In this document: piece by piece, positions 9,905 through 17,966 of the stretch
Numbering within the stretch: position 1 is the first letter of the stretch
How the letters are laid out: each line of letters opens with the position of its first letter
Source of the DNA: a virus
Taxonomy: Duplodnaviria > Caudoviricetes
Virus record (IMG/VR): IMGVR_UViG_3300044847_000035
Coordinates: 1-37,129 of that record
Strand: one strand, 5' to 3'
Length of the DNA stretch: 37,129 nucleotides
Program-made: the position numbers and the translations under genes
Notes under the pieces: generated by a model
What the model was told of the DNA's origin: nothing
Databases searched by the model: none
Seen by the model: only the letters and a program-made list of their open reading frames with translations

Positions 9905-11181
9905 TGCCCAGCAAGCTGGATTACGACTGGCTTCGTCAGGCTGCTGCGGCCGAGGCAACGGACGTGGCGCTGCCTCGCGTCATCCCTGGCTCTCCGCCGC
10001 GGCCGGATCTCAACAAGGTGCCGGCAGGTTTCGCGGCGCTCGGCGAGCCGCAAGCGACGGCCGCAGGGCTAGACCCGCAGGCGAAACTCCTTGCAGCACT
10101 CAAGGCCCTCGACCTATTGCCGTCTCTCGCAGGAGGAACAGCGGATGTGATGACCCCCGGCGTGGCGCGGGCTACTGGCGCATCTGGACTCGCGGCCGCG
10201 GCGATGGAGCCGGTTCGCGAGCTGGGCTACCGCGCTCTCGGCCAGCAGCACTTGGTCCCCGGTGACTGGCGCGACATGCTGCTCAGGGCGGGACAAGCCG
10301 GACTTGGGCAGGCGGTTGCCACACCAGTCGGGCGGGCTGTTTCTGTTCCGCAGCTCCTGATCGGGCGCGCGCCCGAGGACTTCGCAGCGGCGGCGTACGG
10401 GGGGCTGCCGAGGAAACTCGCGCGGCCTGGGATCATCAAGACGGCGCTCGAGGAGAACATCGTCCCCGAGAGGCCGCTGCTGTTCGAGGGTACGGCGAAA
10501 GCCCAGGCCGCGCTCAATGCCTCTCATGCTGCGGAGGATGCTATCGCGTCTGGCTCCAAGGCCACAGCATTCAAGAGCAGCTTCGCCCACGCGGCGGAGG
10601 CGAAGGTGCTGGATAAGTTGGGCAAAGGGGCCACGGCCGCCGACCGCGCCGAGCTGAGGGCGCTCGCCGACGCCACCCGCAGCGAGGAGTTCCGTCCCGG
10701 GCCGAATGGAATGAGAATCGAGAAGCCGCTGACCACAGAGGAAGTTCTCGGCTTCAAGCGGACCTACGATGCCAAGCAGAACCAGACCTGGAGTCGTGTC
10801 GAGGGCGGACAGCCGATCGCGGCGTCCCCGATCGAGAAGCAGTACCAGATCGCTCTCGCCGGGGAGGCACGTAACTGGCTGCGAAACAACGTGCATGGGC
10901 TCGGGCGCCAGATGCAGAAGACCTCTGAACTCATCGCGCTGAAGCCGGCGGTCCAATGGGCCGAATCCCAGCCCATCGTCGGTTCGCGTGAGGGCGTGTT
11001 CGCCACGGCGCGCGATCTCGCGCTGACCCGTGAGCGCATGGGGAATGCCGCACTCGCTTCACAGCCTTATGCCCGCACGCTCGGGAACCGCGGGGCCGTC
11101 AAGTTCGCAAGTCAGATCCCGCGCATGGTGGGCGGGAAGCTCATCACGCCTCCGCTCGAGGGCGAGAAGGCCAAGAAATGA
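9904..11181 (+). CDS. Putative DNA ejection / internal virion protein 3
   Basis: Ala-rich helical protein with a glycine-zipper-like stretch; synteny. Confidence 0.55.
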   Translation: MPSKLDYDWLRQAAAAEATDVALPRVIPGSPPRPDLNKVPAGFAALGEPQATAAGLDPQAKLLAALKALDLLPSLAGGTADVMTPGVARATGASGLAAAAMEPVRELGYRALGQQHLVPGDWRDMLLRAGQAGLGQAVATPVGRAVSVPQLLIGRAPEDFAAAAYGGLPRKLARPGIIKTALEENIVPERPLLFEGTAKAQAALNASHAAEDAIASGSKATAFKSSFAHAAEAKVLDKLGKGATAADRAELRALADATRSEEFRPGPNGMRIEKPLTTEEVLGFKRTYDAKQNQTWSRVEGGQPIAASPIEKQYQIALAGEARNWLRNNVHGLGRQMQKTSELIALKPAVQWAESQPIVGSREGVFATARDLALTRERMGNAALASQPYARTLGNRGAVKFASQIPRMVGGKLITPPLEGEKAKK

Positions 11182-11192
11182 AAGGGGTCAGC

Positions 11193-11993
11193 ATGAAGCC
11201 ACTTCGCTCACTCGCGGCCGCGTGCGTAGTGCTTGCGCTGGCCGGAATGGTTTACGCGCAGGGGTCTTCGCTTGGATGGGGGCAGAAGCCGACGCCGCTC
11301 CAGAGCGGGACGAACCCGCAGGGGCAGCTCAAGGTCGGGATCGTCGGCGGAGTTAAGCCAGACTCTACGGCCGCGCCCTTCACCTTCGACGCCACGGGCA
11401 AGAGCTACTTCAGCGAGGCATACAAGGACCGGGACAACTGGCGGCTCTATCCCAACATCATCAACAATCAGTTGAACTCGACGACCGCGGGCGTGGACTC
11501 CTCGCAGGCTCAGGACACGCACGACATGCGCTCGCTGGCCCTGGTCCTCTATGGGCAGCAGGATTCGCTTTCCACCATCGTGCGCATCGCCGTACAGATC
11601 CGGGGGCATTACACCACGGCCTCGGATTCCGGCTCCGCTTACCCCTGGTATCGCTGGCCGGTGCGCTCCACCACCGCCGGAACGGACGCGATCGATTCCC
11701 TCGGCCATTTCTCTTGGGGCATCGCGACCGTGGCGCAGGCGACCTCGGCAAACTCGGCGAACGGTGGTCTGTGGTCAGGCGAATTCCTGGTCCGCTTCGA
11801 TGTCGCCCGCAATGACTCGACCGGCACCGGGCTCGGCAAGTACGGGGCCTATCCCAAGGGCATGTGGATCAATCTTGTGGACCATGACGGCGTCCCATTC
11901 CGCGCACCATACACGTCGGTGCGCGTCCGCGTCATTAACGGCGTCAGGAGCCGGTTCCGCATCCGCGCCGATCTCGTCGGGAGTTCGCTGTGA
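11193..11993 (+). CDS. Signal-peptide-bearing beta-rich protein with D-[S/T] motifs
   Basis: MKPLRSLAAACVVLALAGMVYA|Q Sec signal; DST, DSS, DTH, DSL, DSG, DSL, DST; alternative start at 11178. Confidence 0.75.
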   Translation: MKPLRSLAAACVVLALAGMVYAQGSSLGWGQKPTPLQSGTNPQGQLKVGIVGGVKPDSTAAPFTFDATGKSYFSEAYKDRDNWRLYPNIINNQLNSTTAGVDSSQAQDTHDMRSLALVLYGQQDSLSTIVRIAVQIRGHYTTASDSGSAYPWYRWPVRSTTAGTDAIDSLGHFSWGIATVAQATSANSANGGLWSGEFLVRFDVARNDSTGTGLGKYGAYPKGMWINLVDHDGVPFRAPYTSVRVRVINGVRSRFRIRADLVGSSL

Positions 11994-13924
11994 TGCGGAA
12001 ACTCCTGATTGGGTTGGGCGTCGGGATCATTCTGGCCGCCACCGCTGATGCCAGGGTCTTGGTCATTGCGGCGAAAAACGTTGATGACACGAACCCAAGC
12101 CTTGGCAATCTCCGAAACACACAAACACAGCGCGCCGCAGTAGTGGGGATGCTAAACCGCGCGGGAGTTGATTACGACCTGATTGGAGTGATGCCGACCT
12201 TCGGTCGTCCGGGCGGATTCACGGAGATGTGCCGCCGTGGCGTTGTGACCTACAACTGCTGCGGGGCGGATTCTTTTACCCGCTCCTATGAGGCGGTAAT
12301 CCACATCATTACCGGCGTTATGAATGGACATGGGTCCAACTGGTATCGCCCCGACTCCCTGTTCTCGTCCACCAAGCTGCCACTCGTGCCGCAGCTCATG
12401 CTGACGAACCAGTACACATCCTTCAGCAGCGCTTGTGGGTGTTCCACTGCCGTGAACGGTTCTCAGCCCGGATACAACGGCAGCACCAACTATCTCGGCT
12501 GGACCCAGGTTTACCGGGAAAAGGTCGAGCTTCGCTATCGTTCTGGATTCGTGGACGGCTTTGCATCCACGACCAGCAAGCATGGGACCGTCAGATTCCT
12601 GGTCTCTGGCGCCAGCAATGCCGCCCATGCCCAGACCAATCGACCCACCGTGCCGCTGCCCTGCATCGACTGTGACTCGTTGCTCAATCCGGCCACGGAT
12701 GACAGTGGCGTCGTCATCATCGAGCACAACGACCACGTGCCGGGCAAGAAACCCATCATCATCTGCGGCAGTTCGCACAGCGCCGACGACCAGTTCGACG
12801 GCGGCACGATGTTCATGGGGCTCGCCGTTCTCGATTCTGTCTGCGGTGGAACGATCATCAAGAAGCCGCTCCAGTTCTCGATCAACATCCGTGGCGGTTT
12901 CCGGCGCAATGACCGCGCAATGCGGGGCGGCATCTCGCCCGACGACTCGACGGCACTGAAGGCCAGCATCGACTCGGTGGCGTCTCTCGGCGTGCCATTC
13001 ACGGTCGGGGTCAATCTGGATTCCGTCGCCACCTACGCGGCCGAGAAGTTCTGGTGGCAGCGCACTCCATTCGCCCACTTCGCTCCTGAATCGTGGTCGG
13101 GGATAGCTCCGGCCTCCGATACCACGCACCTGACCTCCGGCACTGGCGGTGGTGGGGCCAACTACGGATCGTCCATCGACATCTGGGGACGATTCCGAAG
13201 CCGCACGGCTGTGGGGCCGATGGACAACCCGGACACCTCGCTTGCCAACCTCATCCGCGTCTCGCTGGCACGCACAGACTCTCTGTTCCCCGGCAAGCTG
13301 GACAAGGCAGGCATGGCCGCTGCCTTTGACTGGGGGCCACGTAACATCGGCGCCATCGGATACGACTCGCTCTGGTATGCCATCGGCAAGGGCGGGCTCT
13401 CAACGGTTGTATTCGAGACCCAAAATTTCCTTGCCAATCCGTCCCAGACAACCAACCCGCTTGGATTCCTGCCCCAGCAGACCCGAATGCGCTCCAGCCT
13501 CGGTGGCGAGTCGATCCGCGTTCTGGGCACGCCCCAATCCCCGGATTCTGGTAGCGCCATCGTGGAGGGCGGCCACACCAACGACAGTTTCGGCAACAAT
13601 CCGCAGAACTCATGGTGCAAGAACACGGAATCATTCTGGGCCGGGATGCTGGGGACGCGGATGATTGGCCAGAGTAATAATGCCGGGCATCAATCCGAGG
13701 CCGACCTGAACGGCGTCATGCTGCGGAATAACTTCTCCGCCTGCTCGATCCTCACCATCCACGCCGGAGACTTGGGCAGCGGTCTGCGCTCCGATGCCGC
13801 TCAGCGCCCGACCCATCCTGGATGGTGGGCGATCAAGAGCGTGGTCAATCAGGCGAAGATCGCCAATGCTTTGGCCGGCCGTATTGTGGTCGCCATCAAG
13901 TACACACAGGATCTGGACCCATGA
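11990..13924 (+). CDS. Signal-peptide-bearing 644-aa protein, possibly a degenerate polysaccharide-deacetylase-like (Agd3/NodB-type) fold
   Basis: MRKLLIGLGVGIILAATADA|R signal; RVLVIA...LNRAGVDYDLI and LQFSINIRGG...SLGVPFTVGVN resemble deacetylase-family architecture without the catalytic DD; about 15 D-[S/T] motifs. Confidence 0.6.
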   Translation: MMRKLLIGLGVGIILAATADARVLVIAAKNVDDTNPSLGNLRNTQTQRAAVVGMLNRAGVDYDLIGVMPTFGRPGGFTEMCRRGVVTYNCCGADSFTRSYEAVIHIITGVMNGHGSNWYRPDSLFSSTKLPLVPQLMLTNQYTSFSSACGCSTAVNGSQPGYNGSTNYLGWTQVYREKVELRYRSGFVDGFASTTSKHGTVRFLVSGASNAAHAQTNRPTVPLPCIDCDSLLNPATDDSGVVIIEHNDHVPGKKPIIICGSSHSADDQFDGGTMFMGLAVLDSVCGGTIIKKPLQFSINIRGGFRRNDRAMRGGISPDDSTALKASIDSVASLGVPFTVGVNLDSVATYAAEKFWWQRTPFAHFAPESWSGIAPASDTTHLTSGTGGGGANYGSSIDIWGRFRSRTAVGPMDNPDTSLANLIRVSLARTDSLFPGKLDKAGMAAAFDWGPRNIGAIGYDSLWYAIGKGGLSTVVFETQNFLANPSQTTNPLGFLPQQTRMRSSLGGESIRVLGTPQSPDSGSAIVEGGHTNDSFGNNPQNSWCKNTESFWAGMLGTRMIGQSNNAGHQSEADLNGVMLRNNFSACSILTIHAGDLGSGLRSDAAQRPTHPGWWAIKSVVNQAKIANALAGRIVVAIKYTQDLDP

Positions 13925-14406
13925 TCGCCCCCGACCCGAAGGGCACGCCGCGCGAACAGGACCCGGCCGTGTTGCTCGCCTTGACCGTTCTCGGCGAAGC
14001 CGAAGGCGAGCCTTACGCAGGCAAGCTCGCAGTCGCCCACGTCATCGTCAATCGGATGCGGAAGCACGTCGCCGGAGTCGCCGACACCGTGCTCGCGCCG
14101 TGGCAGTTCTCATGTTGGAATCCGGGAGACCATCGGAAGGCGTTCCTCTTGGACGTGATCGCCAAGGAGGCGAAGAACGTGCTGCCCGGCGTCTGGGAGG
14201 AATGCGTGCAGGCCGCCGAGAGGGCCATGCACGAGCCCGAAGCCGACCCCACGGCCGGGGCCACCCATTACGTCGTCGTCAACCTCTGGAACTGCGACGA
14301 CACGAACCATAAGCGCGCCCGCTGGCACAGCTTCCAGTGCATCGCCACCGGAATCACGAAGGAACTGGCGCGGATCGGCCGGCATGTGTTCGCCTCGACG
14401 GCTTAG
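13921..14406 (+). CDS. Endolysin, SleB/CwlJ-type cell wall hydrolase (Hydrolase_2)
   Basis: LALTVLGEAEGE..GKLAVAHVIVNR, QFSCWN, GATHY and IGRHVF motifs. Confidence 0.9.
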   Translation: MIAPDPKGTPREQDPAVLLALTVLGEAEGEPYAGKLAVAHVIVNRMRKHVAGVADTVLAPWQFSCWNPGDHRKAFLLDVIAKEAKNVLPGVWEECVQAAERAMHEPEADPTAGATHYVVVNLWNCDDTNHKRARWHSFQCIATGITKELARIGRHVFASTA

Positions 14407-14448
14407 TGAAGTACGCTGTAGCGCGTAGCACAAAAGGGGGACCGCGCG

Positions 14449-14631
14449 ATGGAGTCATCATGGCTACCGTCGGTGATCGCTGTCGCGACGGTCATCGGCA
14501 ACGCAGCCGTCATGTACTCCGCCGTTTCACGCCACGAGAGACGGCTCGATGACCACGATAAGACGCTCATCGCCCACGGTGAGGCTATCGCTGGCCTGAA
14601 AGCCGTCTCCGGGAAGGAGTCCCCCCAATGA
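14449..14631 (+). CDS. Small membrane protein (holin/antiholin or XhlA-like)
   Basis: N-terminal TM segment then short coiled coil (HERRLDDHD); follows the endolysin. Confidence 0.55.
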   Translation: MESSWLPSVIAVATVIGNAAVMYSAVSRHERRLDDHDKTLIAHGEAIAGLKAVSGKESPQ

Positions 14632-14717
14632 CGTACCGAGCGGCGAAGTTCAGCATCGTGGCCCTGGCCACGATCGGCGTGCTCCTGATTCTCCTGACGG
14701 CCCTCATGCGGAGGTAA
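14628..14717 (+). CDS. 29-aa single-TM peptide (not in the ORF track)
   Basis: MTYRAAKFSIVALATIGVLLILLTALMRR; AAGGAG upstream; ATGA overlap with the previous gene. Confidence 0.5.
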   Translation: MTYRAAKFSIVALATIGVLLILLTALMRR

Positions 14718-14720
14718 CTG

Positions 14721-15023
14721 ATGGCGGCATTCCTGATGTTCAACCTTCCCCCCGTCGCATGGGCCGACCTCAACATGGCCGCCATCGCCGTCGTGGGCTG
14801 GCTCGCGCAGTTCGCCAAGGCGCACAAGCAGATCCCGACTGCGCTCGTTCAGGGTGTCCTGCTCGGTATCGGCTTCGCGTTCTATGCCTACGGACACCGC
14901 GATCCTGCTGCCGAGAACTGGCTCCGCGACGGCATCATGTGGGCGTTCGGACTACCGGGATTCGCCAGCGTGGCGGCGGGGGTGAAACTCGCGCCGCAGA
15001 CGGATTCCATCGGAGCGCGCTGA
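14721..15023 (+). CDS. Putative holin (2-3 TM segments)
   Basis: Hydrophobic segments; GGAGG upstream; lysis-module position. Confidence 0.6.
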   Translation: MAAFLMFNLPPVAWADLNMAAIAVVGWLAQFAKAHKQIPTALVQGVLLGIGFAFYAYGHRDPAAENWLRDGIMWAFGLPGFASVAAGVKLAPQTDSIGAR

Positions 15024-15223
15024 TGGCCACCAAGATCGTTGACCGCACGGGCAGGCCGTTCCCGACTCAAGAGCTGCGCCGCCGCATGGGCTTCCTCGGC
15101 GGCGATCTGTTGGCGTCACAAGCGAGCGAGCCGCCAACGCTCGCGAACGTCCCCGACCGGGAAGCGCGTCCGCGCACACTCGGTGGTACCGAGGACGAAA
15201 CCATGATGGGGGGCAGACCATGA
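15023..15223 (+). CDS. Hypothetical protein
   Basis: TGATG-coupled start MATKIVDRTGRP. Confidence 0.5.
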   Translation: MATKIVDRTGRPFPTQELRRRMGFLGGDLLASQASEPPTLANVPDREARPRTLGGTEDETMMGGRP

Positions 15224-15429
15224 GTAAGCTATCCGCTGCCGAGCGCAAGGCGCTTCCGAAGGCGGCTTTCGCCGGCCCGAAGCGTTCATATCCGGTCCCG
15301 GACCGAGCCCACGCAGCAGCCGCCAAGAGCCGCGCCTCGCAGGCCGTCAACGCCGGCCGAATGTCGGCCGCGCAGGAGAAGAAGATCGACGCCAAGGCGA
15401 ACAAGGTGCTCCGCAGGGGGACTCGGTGA
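15220..15429 (+). CDS. Small basic phage protein (DUF6582-like)
   Basis: LSAAERKALPKAAFAGPKRSYPVPDRAHA..AKSRA motif, widespread in phages. Confidence 0.7.
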   Translation: MSKLSAAERKALPKAAFAGPKRSYPVPDRAHAAAAKSRASQAVNAGRMSAAQEKKIDAKANKVLRRGTR

Positions 15430-15959
15430 CGGGCCGCGTGCTGGCCGTACTCACGTTCGGCGCCTGGCTCGCTCTGCTCTGCAAGCCGGCGCTGGCGCAG
15501 CAAACCAAGCCGCTCGCCTCTCTCGAGCGCATCGCCGTCGCGGCCGGGGCGTCCTACGACTGGCACTCGGGGACGGCGCTCAACCCCGAGCCTGAGGCGA
15601 GCCGGGAGTTCGCGCCCGGCCTGTTCGCCGCCTACGTCCTGACGCCGCATCTCTCGGGCTTCGGGAGCGCCGTATATGGCGTCGATAACAAGGTCATGCG
15701 CTTCTCGCCCGGCATCCACTACCGCGTGGGAGTCGGTTCCGAGAAGATCGCGCTCGCAGTCACCTATGACTACTACGTCGGTGACGGTGAGAAGAACGTG
15801 CCCGAGTACCCGCACGAATGGGCTATCTCGCTCATCTACGCGCGGGCTGTCACCAAGAACCTGGTCATCGGCGGAAGCGAGTCCTACAGCACCGACAACC
15901 GCGAGCTGCGCACCAGCGTCGGCATCCGCGTGCCGATCTACCTCGGGAAGGACAGCTAA
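15426..15959 (+). CDS. Putative outer-membrane beta-barrel protein with signal peptide
   Basis: Signal ...LALLCKPALA|Q; about 8 amphipathic strands with aromatic ends (IAVAAGASYDW, FSPGIHYRV, IALAVTYDYY, WAISLIYARA, LRTSVGIRVPI). Confidence 0.6.
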   Translation: MTGRVLAVLTFGAWLALLCKPALAQQTKPLASLERIAVAAGASYDWHSGTALNPEPEASREFAPGLFAAYVLTPHLSGFGSAVYGVDNKVMRFSPGIHYRVGVGSEKIALAVTYDYYVGDGEKNVPEYPHEWAISLIYARAVTKNLVIGGSESYSTDNRELRTSVGIRVPIYLGKDS

Positions 15960-16222
15960 TGGCCTCGCCACTGGACATCATCGGCGTGCTCTCCACGGCG
16001 CGCGCGGCAATGGCCTCAGCGTCGGCCAAGCTCAAGGCGCTTGCGGCCTCGACGCAGCTTCCGGCGCTCCGGCAGGAAGCCCTCCAGGCTGCCGCTGACA
16101 TCGACGCCGCCATTGCCTCCACGTCACTCACGGCCGTTACCGGCACGATCATGGACGAGATCCGCGACGCCGTGATGACAGGCAGGAGCGTCGTCTCGCA
16201 CCAAGCTACGGACCTGTTCTGA
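15959..16222 (+). CDS. Hypothetical Ala-rich helical protein
   Basis: TAATG-coupled start MASPLDIIG. Confidence 0.55.
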   Translation: MASPLDIIGVLSTARAAMASASAKLKALAASTQLPALRQEALQAAADIDAAIASTSLTAVTGTIMDEIRDAVMTGRSVVSHQATDLF

Positions 16223-16389
16223 TGAGCCCCGTTCGCGAAACGAAGCTGCCATCGGGCAAGATCCGCGTGGCGACTCCCGGAAGCGTCAAAGCGAAGGCCA
16301 CGACTCCAGCCAAGGCCAAGGCTCAGGAACGTCTCCTGCGCGCCATCGAGCACAACCCGAACTTCAAGCCGAGAGGACGCAAGAAATAA
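16222..16389 (+). CDS. Small basic phage protein, 55 aa (not in the ORF track)
   Basis: MSPVRETKLPSGKIRVATPGSVKAKATTPAKAKAQERLLRAIEHNPNFKPRGRKK; TGATG coupling. Confidence 0.65.
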   Translation: MSPVRETKLPSGKIRVATPGSVKAKATTPAKAKAQERLLRAIEHNPNFKPRGRKK

Positions 16390-16399
16390 GGGTCAGGCC

Positions 16400-16603
16400 A
16401 TGCTATGCGTTCACTGCGGCCTCGTGCATCCGAGCCGATGCTGCAACCGGCCGGAGGGGATAGCTGCTAGGGCTGGCAGATTCGGGCCCATCTACGCCAA
16501 GAGCCGACGCCGGCGCGGTAACGAACGCCGCGGAGCCAACATCGATCGGATTCTCGCCGAGATTAGGGCAGCCGCGGCATCTCGAGTGCGGGCGAAAGCC
16601 TAG
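16400..16603 (+). CDS. Hypothetical protein (CxxC, basic)
   Basis: Last + strand ORF before convergence with the leftward arm. Confidence 0.35.
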   Translation: MLCVHCGLVHPSRCCNRPEGIAARAGRFGPIYAKSRRRRGNERRGANIDRILAEIRAAAASRVRAKA

Positions 16604-16907
16604 CGCGCACCCCGAGGGCGCGCAGGGCTTCCTCGAGGCTGGATACGGTCAGGACGGGGCATCCGCGCCATGCTTCGGCGAAAGCAGCCTGAGCGGCAGC
16701 CGTGGCGAGCTCGGAGGCCCCGTGAGGCTTCTCTCGGCCCGGCCGCTTGATCTCCATCAGGGCCGTGAGTCCGGAGCGCCCCACGAGCAAATCGGGGCAT
16801 CCGGAGCCCACGGCGTGAAGCTCCAGCACGCTGCATCCGGCCGCCCGCAGCCCCGCGACGATGCCAGCGTGGTTCACGTCCCGCTTGGCCCGGCGCCAGT
16901 ACCTCAT
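16563..16907 (-). CDS. PD-(D/E)xK endonuclease (VRR-NUC / Holliday-junction resolvase-like)
   Basis: AKRDVNHAGIV.GLRAAGCSV...GCPDLLVG...LMEIK motif. Confidence 0.8.
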   Translation of the reverse strand: MRYWRRAKRDVNHAGIVAGLRAAGCSVLELHAVGSGCPDLLVGRSGLTALMEIKRPGREKPHGASELATAAAQAAFAEAWRGCPVLTVSSLEEALRALGVRARLSPALEMPRLP

Positions 16908-17164
16908 CGCAGGATCAGTTTGTAGCGGAACAGGCCATGCCCAGGAGCCACGCGCTCCCGCAGGACGGTATGGGCTCCATGCTGAGGCTTCCGTAGATCG
17001 CGCAGGCGGGCGGATACCGACGCCTCGGGGGCTCCAGTCAGCTCGGACAGATCCCCAAGCGTTCGCCAGGCACCGTCGCTCATGTACGCCAGCACGAGGT
17101 GGCGCTGCTTCGCCATCCTGCCGAAGTCCTCTCGGGTGAGGTCGAGCGCTAGCTGCTGAGTCAT
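16904..17164 (-). CDS. Winged helix-turn-helix DNA-binding protein
   Basis: MSDGAWRTLGDLSELTGAPEASVSARLRDLRK. Confidence 0.75.
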   Translation of the reverse strand: MTQQLALDLTREDFGRMAKQRHLVLAYMSDGAWRTLGDLSELTGAPEASVSARLRDLRKPQHGAHTVLRERVAPGHGLFRYKLILR

Positions 17165-17368
17165 GGAGTCCTTCCCTCGTTGAGACGGGGCGGGCCGGAC
17201 TTGATACCGGCTACGCCGAAGGTAGGCGTCCAGTGACGCCTCGTGTTATGCCACCGGGATTTCCGCCGATAGTATCCGCCCGGCTGGCCTCCACTCGGCA
17301 GGCGCAGGCCCCTTCGACTCGGTTCGCGTGTCCTTCCACGCCGCCGCCCCACTGTTCGCTCCGCTCCG

Positions 17369-17929
17369 CTAGCGGTACGACCGCTTCACGTCCCCCCACC
17401 TCGCCCGCGTCGTCGGCGCCGGTAATGCCTCGGGGTCGCGCTGACCATGGAATCGCGCCCCGTGAATCTGCACGTTGCCCTCGACCCACGGCAGCAGGGT
17501 GAGCGCCGGGTGAATGGTGCAATCAATCCGCTGCGAGAAGATGGAGAACGCGCCGAAGTCCACGCCCTCACTCGGTTCTCCGCCGTCCACCACCGTCCAC
17601 GTGATGCTCTGCCCCTCGAGCTTCGGATTGTTGCTGTGGGTGATCGTGCCGGAGAGCCACGCCTGGGTGCCGGAGATGCTCAGACAGTCCACGATGGCAT
17701 GAACCGTCGTCGTATCCGCGCCGACGACGATGTGGAACTCGGCCTGACCGTCCACGTCACCCGAGACTCTGAGCTTGGCGTTGCCGGACATCTGCGACGT
17801 GTCCGGCCCCGAGGCGACCTTACCGCCCCACGACACCTGCTCGACCGGCTTGCCACCGCTGCGGCCGGCGGGTGGCGCAGCATGAGCGACGGTTGCAAAC
17901 ATCACAACTGCGGCGAGTAATCTGGTCAT
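17369..17929 (-). CDS. Secreted protein with C-terminal WGxVKxxYR putative sorting motif
   Basis: MTRLLAAVVMFATVAHA|A signal; AGGAG RBS; ends PAPTTRARWGDVKRSYR. Confidence 0.75.
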   Translation of the reverse strand: MTRLLAAVVMFATVAHAAPPAGRSGGKPVEQVSWGGKVASGPDTSQMSGNAKLRVSGDVDGQAEFHIVVGADTTTVHAIVDCLSISGTQAWLSGTITHSNNPKLEGQSITWTVVDGGEPSEGVDFGAFSIFSQRIDCTIHPALTLLPWVEGNVQIHGARFHGQRDPEALPAPTTRARWGDVKRSYR

Positions 17930-17966
17930 GTTCGTCTCCTAGGGGTTGGAGGGTTGCGGCCGGGCT

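Noticed and set aside
17161-17352. Arg-rich 63-aa minus-strand ORF
   Set aside because: It fills an operon gap and could be real, but has a weak start and no recognisable features
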